Source: Spongospora subterranea f. sp. subterranea
Taxonomy: Eukaryota
Reading direction: 5' to 3'
DNA: 64,000 bases
Assembly: GCA_049724395.1 (NCBI GenBank)
Contig: JAUGWO010000115.1
Location: 1-64,000 of the forward strand
The translations under genes were made by a program, and so were the position numbers. The first letter of the stretch is position 1. Each line of letters opens with the position of its first letter. The notes beneath the pieces are model-generated. The model searched no databases and was not told where the DNA came from. It saw only the letters and a list, made by a program, of their open reading frames with translations. This document shows, piece by piece, positions 12,276 to 24,353 of the stretch.

Positions 12276-13871
12276 ATTCCTGTTTCAAAAAACCTAGCGC
12301 CACTTTCAGTGAACACATACTGGTCTTTTGATGACGTGCCATAAATGACATGATTGCCATTCTGCCTTCTGTATTAGAGAGATACAGACGTACAGCAGCG
12401 CGCAGGTTGATCTGTGATTCTGTGTCTTGGGCTGATGACCGGCAGGACGGATTTGTGGCGTACACTAATGGACCTGCGCCATATTGTAGGGTTTATGGCG
12501 AAAAAGAGGCTGGTACATTGACAGGTTGGGACCTTGAACTTCTATTTCAAGGCTGATTCGGATTTGTTATTCAACAACTGGCTCCATTTAGTTCTGATTC
12601 GCTAATATGCTCACAGTGCTGACATGGCTGCCGATACCCGCTCAGCAGCTCAATTTTACATTTTCATGTCATAAGGTCAGAGAAAAGGTCGTTAACCCGA
12701 TTGTTTAATTGATGTATTTTGACTATTTTCATATATATATAATTTTGGCATTGGTTTTATTATATGGCAAAGACTCACGTCTATACGAAGGCGAAAATGC
12801 TCTTATTTATTTGAACTAATTAAACCACTCCATTTTTCGGGGTTTACCATCAGTATTTGTTGGGGGTCTTTGCAATCAAAAAAATTCCCTGTTATAGTAC
12901 TCCCAGTTGTTTCCCTATTTCCACCTGGCCGCTACAAGTACCCTTGGGTATCCATTGAAGGAGCCTATTAGACCAGATTACAGTTGGGATAGGTGCTATA
13001 GTCCAGTGACCATGAGATGACAGAAAGAACAATAAGAAATATCAGATCATATCGAATTCTGAAACAAGAATCACCCGTTGGAAGTCCCTTGGGGTCCATT
13101 GTTCCGCCCCTGCCATGCTGCTAGTGCTAACAGCTGCACCAACAACATGGCTCTCTCCGATACCAGTAAAACCACCTATATTTAGACTTGATGAAAAGAG
13201 TTTCAACCGGCGTCAATCCTGAGTCCGCGTTTAATGCACAAGTGCAGACCAATGAAGCTTCCACGAGTTTCCTGCTGTTGAAAAGCAGGACCACGCGACC
13301 ATATCATGGGTTTTCACTCAAATTGAAGATTCTCAACGAACGTTACGTTATCAAAAACTTTTAGCTATATACATGATCAGCAAATTGTGTCAAATGTTTG
13401 TTTGACTAGAAAACATGATACATATCCAATCCTGCGTGAAGACTTGGTGTTGAGTTGCGTTTTGAAGCCAAGTTGGACATGTCGAATGACTATTTCAATC
13501 GTATTGCTGGACCAATTTATATCAACATTAATAAAACGATGGAGAAGTGAAATCGACAACGATGATGGTCCCGGATTCACGCGTCAGACTCATCAGTCGA
13601 TTAATGTACGCACCCGTCATACAGTTGAGGGTGTGAATAAGTGGGTAACGTGGTTTGGCATGCAACAGTCTCAACAGCTGGCCCTGTGTCAACAACTGAT
13701 AAATTGAACCCCCTAAAGAGTCATGCACTGTATGCTGTAACCCTTTTCAACAACATTTCGGAAACGATTTCAATCACTTTACAATGAAGAAGATTACAGA
13801 ATTCGCCAAATACGCGATTGCGGACCTTGTAGATGGATGGTCTAAGCATCCCGGAAATGGTGCGTTCATCG

Positions 13872-16800
13872 TTTTAGATCCATTGTCCGATCGTGACCTT
13901 CCCAACACTATCGTCTGCTGCAGTTTTGCTAACCCTGTCCGGATTTACAATATACGGCGTCAAAACATCCAAAGACCAAATGAAAACATTGACAAACATA
14001 CAGGAAACCCAGAAAGCGTCGTTACAAATGCTCAAACAATTAAAGGTGATAACAAACTCAAAAAAAGTGGTTGAAGATTGCGTCTGATCAATGTTTTAGG
14101 AAAAAATAGGTTATACAAACACAAAAATAATGGTTGAAGATTGTGTTTGATCAATGTTTTAGATGGAGCAGCATAGCGCCAAGAAGTGGTCGAGTAGGAA
14201 GAGGGTCGATTCCAAGCAGAGACAAGTGAAAGCCAAGGCGGTACGGGCGGCGATTGAATCATAATAAACTTCATTGCACACCCAGATGATATTCCTCCAG
14301 GGATTTGCCGAGTTATCGCCGATCTGCCATCGCTGTAGTTGAATGTTGCCCAATCCCATTGTGCAAGTATATTCCACCAAACGGATCGTGCCGACTTTGG
14401 ATGCATAAAAAGCATTGGTGTTTTACTTTGTCATCGAGAAGGGGGCTCCAGAAATAAAGTGTATGTTAAGCCCCTTGCTTCTGATAAGCCTCGTCTAAAG
14501 TTTGTATTTCTCCTTCCTTGTTCGAAACACTCTAAAAATAAACGTGCTCGGGTTTCGTTTTTCACCGTAGATGTAAACTCAGGCAGCCATACGACACTGT
14601 CCGATACTGCTTTCATAGTTTCGCGGATAACGCGCGCCGCTACAGTTGCGTGGTGGGTACTGGGTACGTTTTGGGTAGTTGCGCGGTTAGCAGACTCGTA
14701 ACAGACAATCTGGTTCTGATAGCGTACTTTTATGATTGAACGAGTTTTTCCACCATGGCTGATACCTCCAAGCGATGAGACGTTGGACAAATACAAACAT
14801 ATCTGGCGCCTCAAACTCTTCATCAGCTAGAGTCACTCCAATGAAACTAAACTTCGTGCCCGTCACGAAACCGGTTTGATGTAGCGTATCTGATTTTCAT
14901 CAGCACTTTACTGCTGCAGTGGTTTTTATGAGTTTGTTGAATTGCCGATACATTGCGATTACATTGTTATCGCAATGAAAGGTGTTCTTCCACCTGCAGT
15001 TACAGTTACCGTCAGACGATGTTACATCTCAGTAATCGCCAGGATACTATCGTCATGTCAACTGGAGTTTTACTACTTGAACACGAAGGATTTTTTGAAG
15101 TTGAATTGCCTTGAAAAGAGCGCTAAACCGGCTTGGAACTTATGTCTTGCGTAATTACTCTCACTTGGTCCAACTTGACAAGCTCATTCGTTGCATGTAT
15201 TGAAGTTCTTGGGGTCATGTACTAAACTGTGATAATCGTGAAGTTCTTTTAGGTCGTCCGCTACTTCTATGTCTGAAAAGTGAAGTTGACCAGCAACTCT
15301 GCGAGCTGGGAAAACAAGGTTATTAGATCACTGATACCACTGATTCTTCTATATTGTCGGAACATCTTAAAATTGATGACCTCGATGACAGCAGTGTCTC
15401 TGTTTTGAATCAAGATGAGGCCAACAAAACTCTTGATCTACGCGTTGCTGAAGCTGCACGCATTGCTCCTCCTGAAATTGCTGCAACTCTTCTAGCGTAC
15501 ATTGATGAATTTCGGCACATATTTCCGAGACACCTTAGGCCCAGATCCTCCGATCAAGGTCGAGCCTGTTATATTACAGGTGAAGGAATAGGCTGTTCAA
15601 ATTTGGGCAAACCCCAACGACATATACCTACCTATTCATGCTGAATTTTTTGTCTTCCCATTTTCGCCAACCCACCGAATTTGGATTTGTGTGCGAGAAC
15701 CCGCATTCTCACTGGGCCTCCCCTGTGTTTTGCGTTTTCTGGGGCCAATCGAAATTTTCGGTCAGTCGTTGATCTGCGAGTACCTAATTCTTTACTTAAA
15801 CGTCTTGTCTGGCCGATGCCGGGTTTAATTATGGCTGGCTCATATTTATCTGACTCTCACGTTGATGCCGTTTTTTACGCTTACAAACGTTTCTGGCAGT
15901 TTCCCATTGCTCGTGCTATAGAGTCTTAATTCATGATGACACCATTCGGAATTGTCACCCCGTGTCGTTTACCGCAAGGCAACACCAACTCGGTTTTCGC
16001 ATCCCAACATGGTATGGGTCAGATATTTCGAGGTGTTTTATTTCATGAACCAACTTTTGATATGGGTTGATGATTTTTGGCACATTCTCCAAAACCAGAA
16101 TCATTGCTTTTGATATCAAATCAGTTTTAAGTTCAATGTCATAAGTTTGGTCTCAAGCTGAACACTTCGTGATGCTCTTTTCACCTACGTGAAGCCAAAT
16201 ATTGCGGAAAACCTATTCAGAACACGGTTGCCGTCATGATCCTTCGAGGATATCTGCATTCAACAAAATGCCAGTTCCAAGCACCGATGCTGATTTAATG
16301 CAATTTATATGTGCATCTACGTGGTTAATTTCACATATTACTGAATTCGAACCGCTGATTCAGCCCCTCCGCCAATTACTCGAAATCCTTAAAATCGGAC
16401 GTCAGATCACAACCAGAGGTATTATGACTCAATCGCCGCCCGTACCGCCTTGGCTTCACTTGTTTTTCCTTGGACTCCACCCTCTTCCTACTCGACCACT
16501 TCTTGGCGCTATGCTGCTCGATACAAAACATTGGTCAGACACAATCTTCAACCGCTATTTTTGAGTTTGTATAACTTAGTTTTTCCTAAAACATTGATCA
16601 GACACAATCTTCAACCACTATTTTTGAGTTTGTCATCATCTTTATTTGTTTGAGCATTTGTAACGACGCTTTCTGGGTTTCCTGTATGTTTGTCAATGTT
16701 TTCATTTACTCTTGGGATCCGTATAAGGTGAAACCAGACAGGTTTAGCAAAACTGCAGCAGACGATGGTGCTAGGAAGGCCATGATCGGACAATGGATCT

Positions 16801-17540
16801 AAAACTCACTGACCTTCCTAACACCATCGTCTGCTGCAGTTTTGCTAACCCTGTCAGGTTTCACAATATACGGTGTCAAGACATCACATGACCTGGTGAA
16901 AACATTAACAAGGATACAGGAATCCCAGTCAGAGTCGTCAGAAATGCTCAAACAAATAAAGGTGATGACAAACAAAAAAATAAGATTTTGTCTGATCAAT
17001 GTTTTAGATTACATGAACCCGAGAACTTCACTACAGGCAACGAATGAGTTTATCAAAGCTGGAAGATGTGAAAATAATTACGCAAGACATAAGTTCCAAG
17101 CCTGTTTAGCGCTCTTTTCTGGGCGGTTCAACTTCAATAGATCCTTCGTGTTCAAGTGAAAACTCCAGTTGACATGACGATTAAGTAACATAACGATATG
17201 ATTCTCGCGATCTGACCACATTACGCTCGTTGAGATGTAGTAACATCGTAAAAACGAATCCGGAGCACGGTTATTTTAAGAGCCCCCTTCTCGTTGACAA
17301 CTTTGTAAAACACAAATGGTTTTTATACATCCAAATTCGGCTCTATCCGTTTAATGGAATATACTTGCACAATGGTATTGGGCGATTGGCGACAACTCGG
17401 CAAACCCCTGGAGGAATCATCTGGGTGTGTTTGAAGTTTATTATGACTCAATCGCCGCCCGTACCGCCTTGGCTTTCACTTGTTTCTCCTTGGATTCAAC
17501 CCTCTTCCTACTCGACCTGTTCTTGGCGCTATGCTGCTTC
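13872..17540. repeat. Multi-copy inverted/direct duplication block
   Basis: 13872-14265 is inverted at about 16420-16804; a third copy lies at 16811-17010; about 14168-14440 is inverted at 17280-17540; about 15048-15220 is inverted at 17010-17182. Confidence 0.88.
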
Positions 17541-17860
17541 TTGCTTTCTTGCGCTTTCAGCCATTTATTCAGCAGCTTGGGATCGTTCTTGGCCTTGATT
17601 CCTTGCGCTTTCAGCATAACCAGCTTGCTGCTTTCTTTCTGCTGCAAATTGATCGTCTCGGCCGGATCGAGCTTCTTCAGCTTGTGCTCGAATTTCTCAG
17701 CGTTCTCTAACGCTGTCACTAATTGCTTGCGTCTACTGTCTTTCTTGTTCCGGCGGGAACCTTTGACGAGAGCATCGACGTGCAGACTACCGAACATGAT
17801 GTCTTCGTTCGGCTCTGCTGCCATTTCAAAATACTTTCTTTGATATTTTTTTTGCTTCAA
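17441..17860 (-). pseudogene. SURF6: SURF6/RRP14-like C-terminal fragment, with shorter copies at 14168-14264 (+) and 16421-16518 (-)
   Basis: FG.L...LKAQGIKAKNDPKLLNKWLKAQESKKQHSAK(K)W matches the SURF6 domain pattern; no N-terminal part seen. Confidence 0.65.
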
Positions 17861-18172
17861 CAGCTTTTAAACCGGTACCGGGTGTGGTCACGGCCACAAC
17901 GATGTCAGTGAATCGGCGTCCCGAATCAATCAGCAACTTAAGGAATCGCAATCAGGCTACAGCGACTTCTCAAGGAAAAGACCAAAGTGAGAAGAACAGT
18001 CGGCCTAGGCTTTATCCTCTGACGCGAACGTGTGTAGGAAATATTAGTATTGAATAGTGAAGTGGCACAAAACATGACCAAACTGAAAGAATCGTCAAAT
18101 TGAATGGGATTGTTAGAGAACGCTTTCGTAAACATTTAGGTCCCTCTCAACGTCTTTTGGGTTTAGGCTTCG

Positions 18173-18475
18173 ATGATGGCTCAAATACAAATGTCGACCA
18201 CCAATTTGTATACTCGCGTTTTGCAGTCGTACGAACAACGTAGACCGAAAGGCATTGAGCCTGATGCGTCGAATTTCAATAGAGACCGACAGGACATCGA
18301 TTACCTATCGCGACTGTTGAGCGAAATCGGGGATCGGCTGATCGAGGTGACCGAGATTTGCGACGAATACGCAGCTGAAGCTGTGACTGCGTCGAAGACT
18401 TCGTCTGCCGTCAAGCCGCATCAAACTCGTAGACTTGAAAGGGCACCAGTTGACGAAATGTTTTTATCGGATTAA
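18173..18475 (+). CDS. Hypothetical 100-aa helical protein
   Basis: ATG-started ORF with amphipathic acidic composition; no family recognised. Confidence 0.35.
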   Translation: MMAQIQMSTTNLYTRVLQSYEQRRPKGIEPDASNFNRDRQDIDYLSRLLSEIGDRLIEVTEICDEYAAEAVTASKTSSAVKPHQTRRLERAPVDEMFLSD

Positions 18476-19000
18476 GGTCAATTTTCACAAAAATCGAATT
18501 GCATTATTTGATCACGAAAACAGTTGATATCTTTCATATGTAGTGATTTTGTAGCGACACCCCTATACTTTTCACTGTTCTGTCTTCGCTCAAAAATGAC
18601 GCTTTGAATCTTTTGAATGAGGCAATACACAAAATATGGGCTGGCTGTCAACGGTGCTACATTGTTCATGTCATGAAAAACGCTTTCAAATATCATTTCT
18701 CAATAGTGGCTTTCGCGAATATAAGAACGGGGCTCGTGCTGAACAGGCGTTTGTCACGAAATCTATTTTTGATAAACAGGAAACAGTTCCTGGATGCTGT
18801 GATTGCGAAAGTCATCGCAACGATCAAGTCCAAGTTTCCTAAAAACGCTCCAGTTTTCATGCAGCAGAATAATGCGCTATCGCATAAAAAAGGCATTTAT
18901 TCGAAAAATTTGATCAAGGCTCATCCGTTTGGTATGTCAACCGGCGAACAGGACACTGAAGCGCCAGGGAACCGGGACAACAGTTGATTTCGACAATCAT
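18474..19000 (+). mobile_element. Decayed plant-type (DD39D-like) mariner remnant
   Basis: Decayed VHV(D)EKxF motif and VIATIKSKFP..VFMQQNNALSH; nucleotide similarity to 60326-60600. Confidence 0.65.
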
Positions 19001-22000
19001 TGAATCGTTTGAAACACTGGACCTGCTGAAGCAAAGTTTTCACATTGCAGTTCGTTCTAAGCTCCCGCAATGCAGACGGAGGCGCGGCAACCGATAGTTG
19101 ATCCCTCATACGGGGATGACGAAACCGGCAAAATGTAGATTAGCTCGAATGGCCTATCGGACTATCGCCGTAAACGATGAAAACAACCGTTGGCAAAACA
19201 ACTTGGACAACTAAATACAAGCTGAAATTGTGTTTCTTTGTGGATGGTTTTTCTAACAAAGTAAGTGGTCCACAGAAAGTGGTCCTATATGTGTCTGTGA
19301 TTATGAAGCCATATCGACCACATATTTTGGAACAAACAAGTGCTGGAACGGAGGGAGTAATAACGATGCTGTGAGCGTTTTTCCTTGTCGGCAATCATGG
19401 TTAAAGAAGATAGTTACTTCGGCGATCCTCAATAGGTCACTTCCAATCGTCGCAGCCGATCTGCAACAATATCTGTGCGCCCTCATTTGGATTCGTTCGT
19501 GCATCTCACGTTTCGGATCTCTCACCTCATCAAAACTTATTGCTGCATCGCGTGATGCCAAACGCTTGAAAACAAAGTTGCCTCAAACGAATGATGGTCA
19601 ACTCCGCTGGTCATTATCGAGAAAGAGGCTTTTCCTCTCATTGGAAGATGCCATCGCTGGAAGCGCTACCTGCTCAGTCGACTTTTACTTCTCATATTTA
19701 CTGGTCATCGAAATTTAGTTTACATATTTGACCCCCTTGGTCGCATTTCCATGGCAAGCCGCATTACTGGTGACCGTCTCGACCGATGGAAACTGCAGAT
19801 AAAAAATCTCAATCGTCGCATTGAACACATATCTGGTGAGGATAACGTTTGGGAGGATTTAGGCACCCGCTGGTGGACCCAGCATTTGTCATTGTTTTAA
19901 GCCGCACTCTCAACATGAAGAGTTCATCGTGTTATCTTCAAAGATTATGAAATTGCTGGGGATTTCACTGCCAATTGTTATGGAAATCCGCAATTCACAA
20001 CAATCATTCATCGGAGAGCACAACATTTATCCACATGAAAATACATCATTTCCTGAATCAACACCCGCTCATTCTCGTGAATGACACCTGGAGAACCCCG
20101 GAAAAACAATTCTGGATTCCTTTCACTACACTTCAGACTAAAATCATGTGACATATGGGACTAATCAGGTCATGTTGCCCCCTGATTCCGCTAATTGCAG
20201 TATTTCTATGGTGCTCTCGCAAGTGTCTACATTGTTTGACGTCAGGGACTTTATGATCCCTCGACCATTTGGTCACGCTATTCTCGCAAGCAAGCCGAAC
20301 AAAGTCATACATTATGACTATTTGCTCATTGGCAATTCACGTCGTGGATACTCCCACCCCTTTCAGTACGTTCTAGTCATCAAAGACTATCTGAGTAACA
20401 TCGTTGGGCTAATTCCCTGCGAAGCTGCCGAACATTTCACAGTGGTAGATGGTCTGTTGAATTGGTTCAAGAAATTTGGGATCGTTTTCCAGCACGTTCG
20501 AGATCAAGGTCCATATTTCAAGAATCGAGTAGTTCAGGAACTGTGTTCTCGTCTACATATCAAACAGCATTTCGTCTCTGCCTATACCCAATGGGCTAAG
20601 GTTGTCAACCGCCACATTCTGTTTTTATTATTGAAATCATTACTATCCGAAATTGGTCTACCGTTTCAAGATTGGCCAAGTTTGATTCCTTTCGTAAATA
20701 TGGTGATTAACCAGAGGGTTCGCCCTCGCATTGGGTTCGCCCCTGGAAGCCTATTGCCCTCATGACAAGTATTTTCCTATCACGATTTGAAAATTTGGCG
20801 ACACTCACCATTTCCTTGATTGATGCGATGGATGAAATTCAGAATGAAGCCTCAGATCGCATTTCTGATCAGCGGCAGCAGCAACACAAGGTCAAAACGT
20901 AGACAGGTCAAAAGTGATTAACTTTGCTGTGGGCGACAACTTCCTTGTTGCAACAAGCATTCAACAACACAGTCGAAAGTCTCAGTACAATTGATCAGGA
21001 ACATCGCAAATTGTGGACATCGTCAACGAACACATTGGCGTTGTTCGTGATCTGATTACGAATGAGTCTGCCGAAGTACATGCTCAACCTGTCAAATATT
21101 ACGACGATGCCAGCCTGAAATCGAAGGCTGAACTTTTTGAAAATATCTTTATCACGAATGGATCTTATAATATGGTCAACAAATAACCGAGTTTCTCAAG
21201 AATCCGATTCAGGCGAGCCTGACGTCCTACCTAGTTTTCTGGAAAGGATTTTGAACCGTCCAATTCTACATGGGAGCCATTTACTTCCACGGTCGAAGAT
21301 GTACCTCCTGAGGTGAAAACGTTTCTGAAAACGCGTCCTCATCAACCTTTTTTTATTTCTTTGCTGAACTCCGTTTAGAGAATGGGAGTGTTTTGCAGCC
21401 CTATCGCAGCCATTGTACTCCCCTCATGCCGCTCGACCTATTCACAATATGATACTCCTCAAAAAACAATTATCTTTGAGACGAATGGTAGAAAAATTCT
21501 TGCGCTGAAAAGCAAAGCTTCAAATTCATGCTGAAGAAAAACAATTGTTTCTCATTTAAATGGCGCTGTTTTGGCACCAACCTTGGCGAGTTTGACACAA
21601 TCCATGCTGTAAATATTGTTTACTATGATCAATAAGGTGGTTCGAAATAAGCCCTGCCGTTTGGCAAATAATTATACTGTAAGTATACCATAATACTGGA
21701 ACTGTTTTGGACTCAAAAATGGCGATGAGCAGATATTTCATGCTGAGAGAGATTCCATTACAATTGGCGCTGTTTTGAATCAACCCTGGCAATTGAGTGG
21801 CAATGAAAGGACTTAATTATTGCACAGTGGAATAAAGCTCCAGTTATTGGTACACCTGGGCCGCAGCCCTATACAATTACATAGTGACTGTGTAACGCTT
21901 CGATAGGGACATGATCTCGTAAGTCACAATCCAATCGACAATTACAACTTTGTTCTCATAAACGGTCTCTGGGCCAAGACCCAATCTCCGGTCTCTCCAT

Positions 22001-22031
22001 CTCTCTGGTTCTACCTCTTTTTGAACTACTC

Positions 22032-23755
22032 ATGGATCTTGATCGTGGCAAGGTTCAGATAAGTCCAGATGCGGTATCGCAACGACTGACGTTAAGATTT
22101 GCAGACTGTCGCAGTTCCATTACTCTCAAAAAACGACTTCCAAAATAACTTTTTGCCCTGGGTGCTAACAATCTCGGTCGGTTTTGGGACTTTATTATTC
22201 GGATATCATGCAGGTTATATTTCTGCGAAATTCAAACCACTGTAAAATAACATTTAGTTAGGGTTTTCAAGTCCTACAGATAGTGCCATATTACAAGAGG
22301 TGTTTGCCGGTAATCGTGAACGGGCTGATCTAGCTTGGTCTATTTTAAATATTGGTGCAATGTTTGGTGCCCTGCTTGCTGGGTCCCTGGCTAGCTCTTT
22401 CGGCAGGAAACCAGCCGTTCTTATCAATTGTGTTCCATATGTGCTTGGTGCTCTTATGATGCTTGTGAGTACGCACTCCTCCTCGTCATTATTTGTCGCT
22501 GGCAGATTTGTCACCGGAGCCGGTGTCGGATATAGCTCTGTCGTTGTACCACTCTATATTGCTGAGATTGCTCCACCATCTCTTAGAGGAACCCTCGGTT
22601 GCATTAATCAATGTTAGTTGCAATTTGAACTCCTTCTGCATTCCTGGACTTAAATTTTTCATTTAGTGAACATTTCAACTGGTGTCCTGATCGTTACTGT
22701 GATTGGCCTTCCAATTATCCAGTATGAATCCTGGTGGCGAATAATGGTCTGGGTCTCGCTCGGGTTCGCAGCAGCTCAATTTATCCCAATCCTGTTTTTC
22801 GCACCCGAATCTCCTATTTGGCTATGCTCACATGGTTTCATGGATGATGCGAGGAAGAGCTTGCAATTGCTTCGTGGGAAACGGTGTTCTGTCGACAGCG
22901 AGCTTCAGTCTCTAACCTCACATACTCAGCAGGTTTGCCGTTGATTTTCCATCGGGTCCGATTTCATGATATTGTCTAGAATGCCGACGACGGAGAAGCC
23001 CCATCTATTTTATCAGTGATGACTTCACGGCGACTTCGCAGACCTGTCCTGATTGGAATAGGCTTGATGATGCTGCAACAATTCTCTGGCATCAATGGTG
23101 TCGTGTTCAACATGAAGTCTATTTTCGTAGGCGGAGAAAATAACGTTGACGCTTCCTATGTTGCGATGATGGGATCGATTTGCGTCAATGGGTTTCAGGT
23201 TGCGAAAAATTGGATTGGACATGCGTTAGGTTTATTTATTGTAACCGCTAGGTAATAGCTACAGGTATAGCATGTTCTGTAATCGAGAAGATCGGGCGTA
23301 GACAGTTGCTACTGACGTCATGTACCGGTATGGCATTGTCATGTATGTTAATGGCAGTCGCTGCTTTTCTGTCGATGCCCGCATACGTGAAAATAGTTGC
23401 ATTGTCAGTAAAAATTTCCCCAGGTCTATAAAACCGGTTGGTAATTCATATTCTGTTCAGGTGTGGTTATATCTGTATGTTCGCAATTGGAGTTGGCCCG
23501 CTTCCTTGGCTTTTATGTTCCGAGATATTTCCTTCGGAGATTCGATCTTTCGCGATGTCTGTCGCTACCGTCATCAACTGGGCCTGCAGCTTCCTCGTCA
23601 CACTTGCATTTGATTCAATGATGAAATCATTAGGGGCACACGGTTTGTTCCTATCATATGCATTTGTTTGCGCCATGGGGACCATGTTTGTGTTCGTTAC
23701 CGTGCCAGAAACTCAAGGTCTGTCCCTCGAAGAAATTGAAGACATGTGGGCCTGA
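22032..23755 (+). CDS. MFS sugar porter (GLUT/ERD6-like), spliced
   Basis: LFGY, FGRK, GRFVTG, YIAEIAP..LRG, PESP.WL, QQFSGIN, GRR.LL, GPLPWLLCSEIFP, VPETQG.SLEEI. Confidence 0.95.
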
Positions 23756-23855
23756 TTGGCTGGTTGAACCACCTTTAATCAACAATTCCATTAATGTTGC
23801 CTTATAACTTTTATATTATGAATCTGTAATTAGTACTATATGCGACTAGCGAATA

Positions 23856-24294
23856 CTATTCTGGGGGTTCGGCCCTTTCCTTGACGTCCGTTTTGGAAAT
23901 GCTGTTTCGTTTCATCATTGCGTCTATGGCTGCTTTTCTTTCGAAAAACGATTTTCGACAAAAGTACCATGTTACTAATGACATCCCTAATGTCGTTTTA
24001 ACTGCGATGTCGACAGCCGGCAAAATGGCGCCTGGAGTTGAAAAAAAACAAATCAGTGCGGGCGTCAAGACTGAGTAGAACAACAAACGCGTTTTGTGAA
24101 ATTTGTGTATGCCCATTAACGCGCCAGTAGACATTCCCCAAAGCATCGCATTACGAAAACACGGAATACGCTACAACAAGTCAAACGATAAAATTGACAA
24201 TCAGTGCAATTTGTGGAAATACGCTGAAAGAAAACAAAAAGGTAAACGGATCGAATGTCCCTTCGTTCTCCGTTTCGGTACTGGATGGACCCAT
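23856..24294 (-). CDS. COX20: Cytochrome c oxidase assembly factor COX20, spliced
   Basis: RIPCFRNAMLWGMSTGALMG, second TM ending WYFCR; about 110 aa; two short introns. Confidence 0.78.
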
Positions 24295-24353
24295 CAAAGC
24301 GGTATTTAACCACCAATCTAACCTGTCCAAAACATGTACATAATGCTGCCGAA

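Larger units (their letters stand above)
13380..21388 (+). mobile_element. Decayed Ty3/gypsy LTR retrotransposon with chromodomain, interrupted by insertions
   Basis: RT pieces (FRSVVDLR..N, AYKRFWQFP, RLPQGNTNS, WVDD) at 15700-16400; RNase H end (IEHISGEDNV) near 19820; integrase (HYDY, DQGPYFKN) 20148-20765; chromodomain (YLVFWKGF...STWEP) near 21230-21280; purine tract agagaatgggag then TG at 21389. 5' boundary is uncertain. Confidence 0.8.

Noticed and set aside
12560..13380. 5' LTR and primer-binding site of the gypsy element
   Set aside because: No match found to the sequence after 21389 and no clear tRNA-complementary site.
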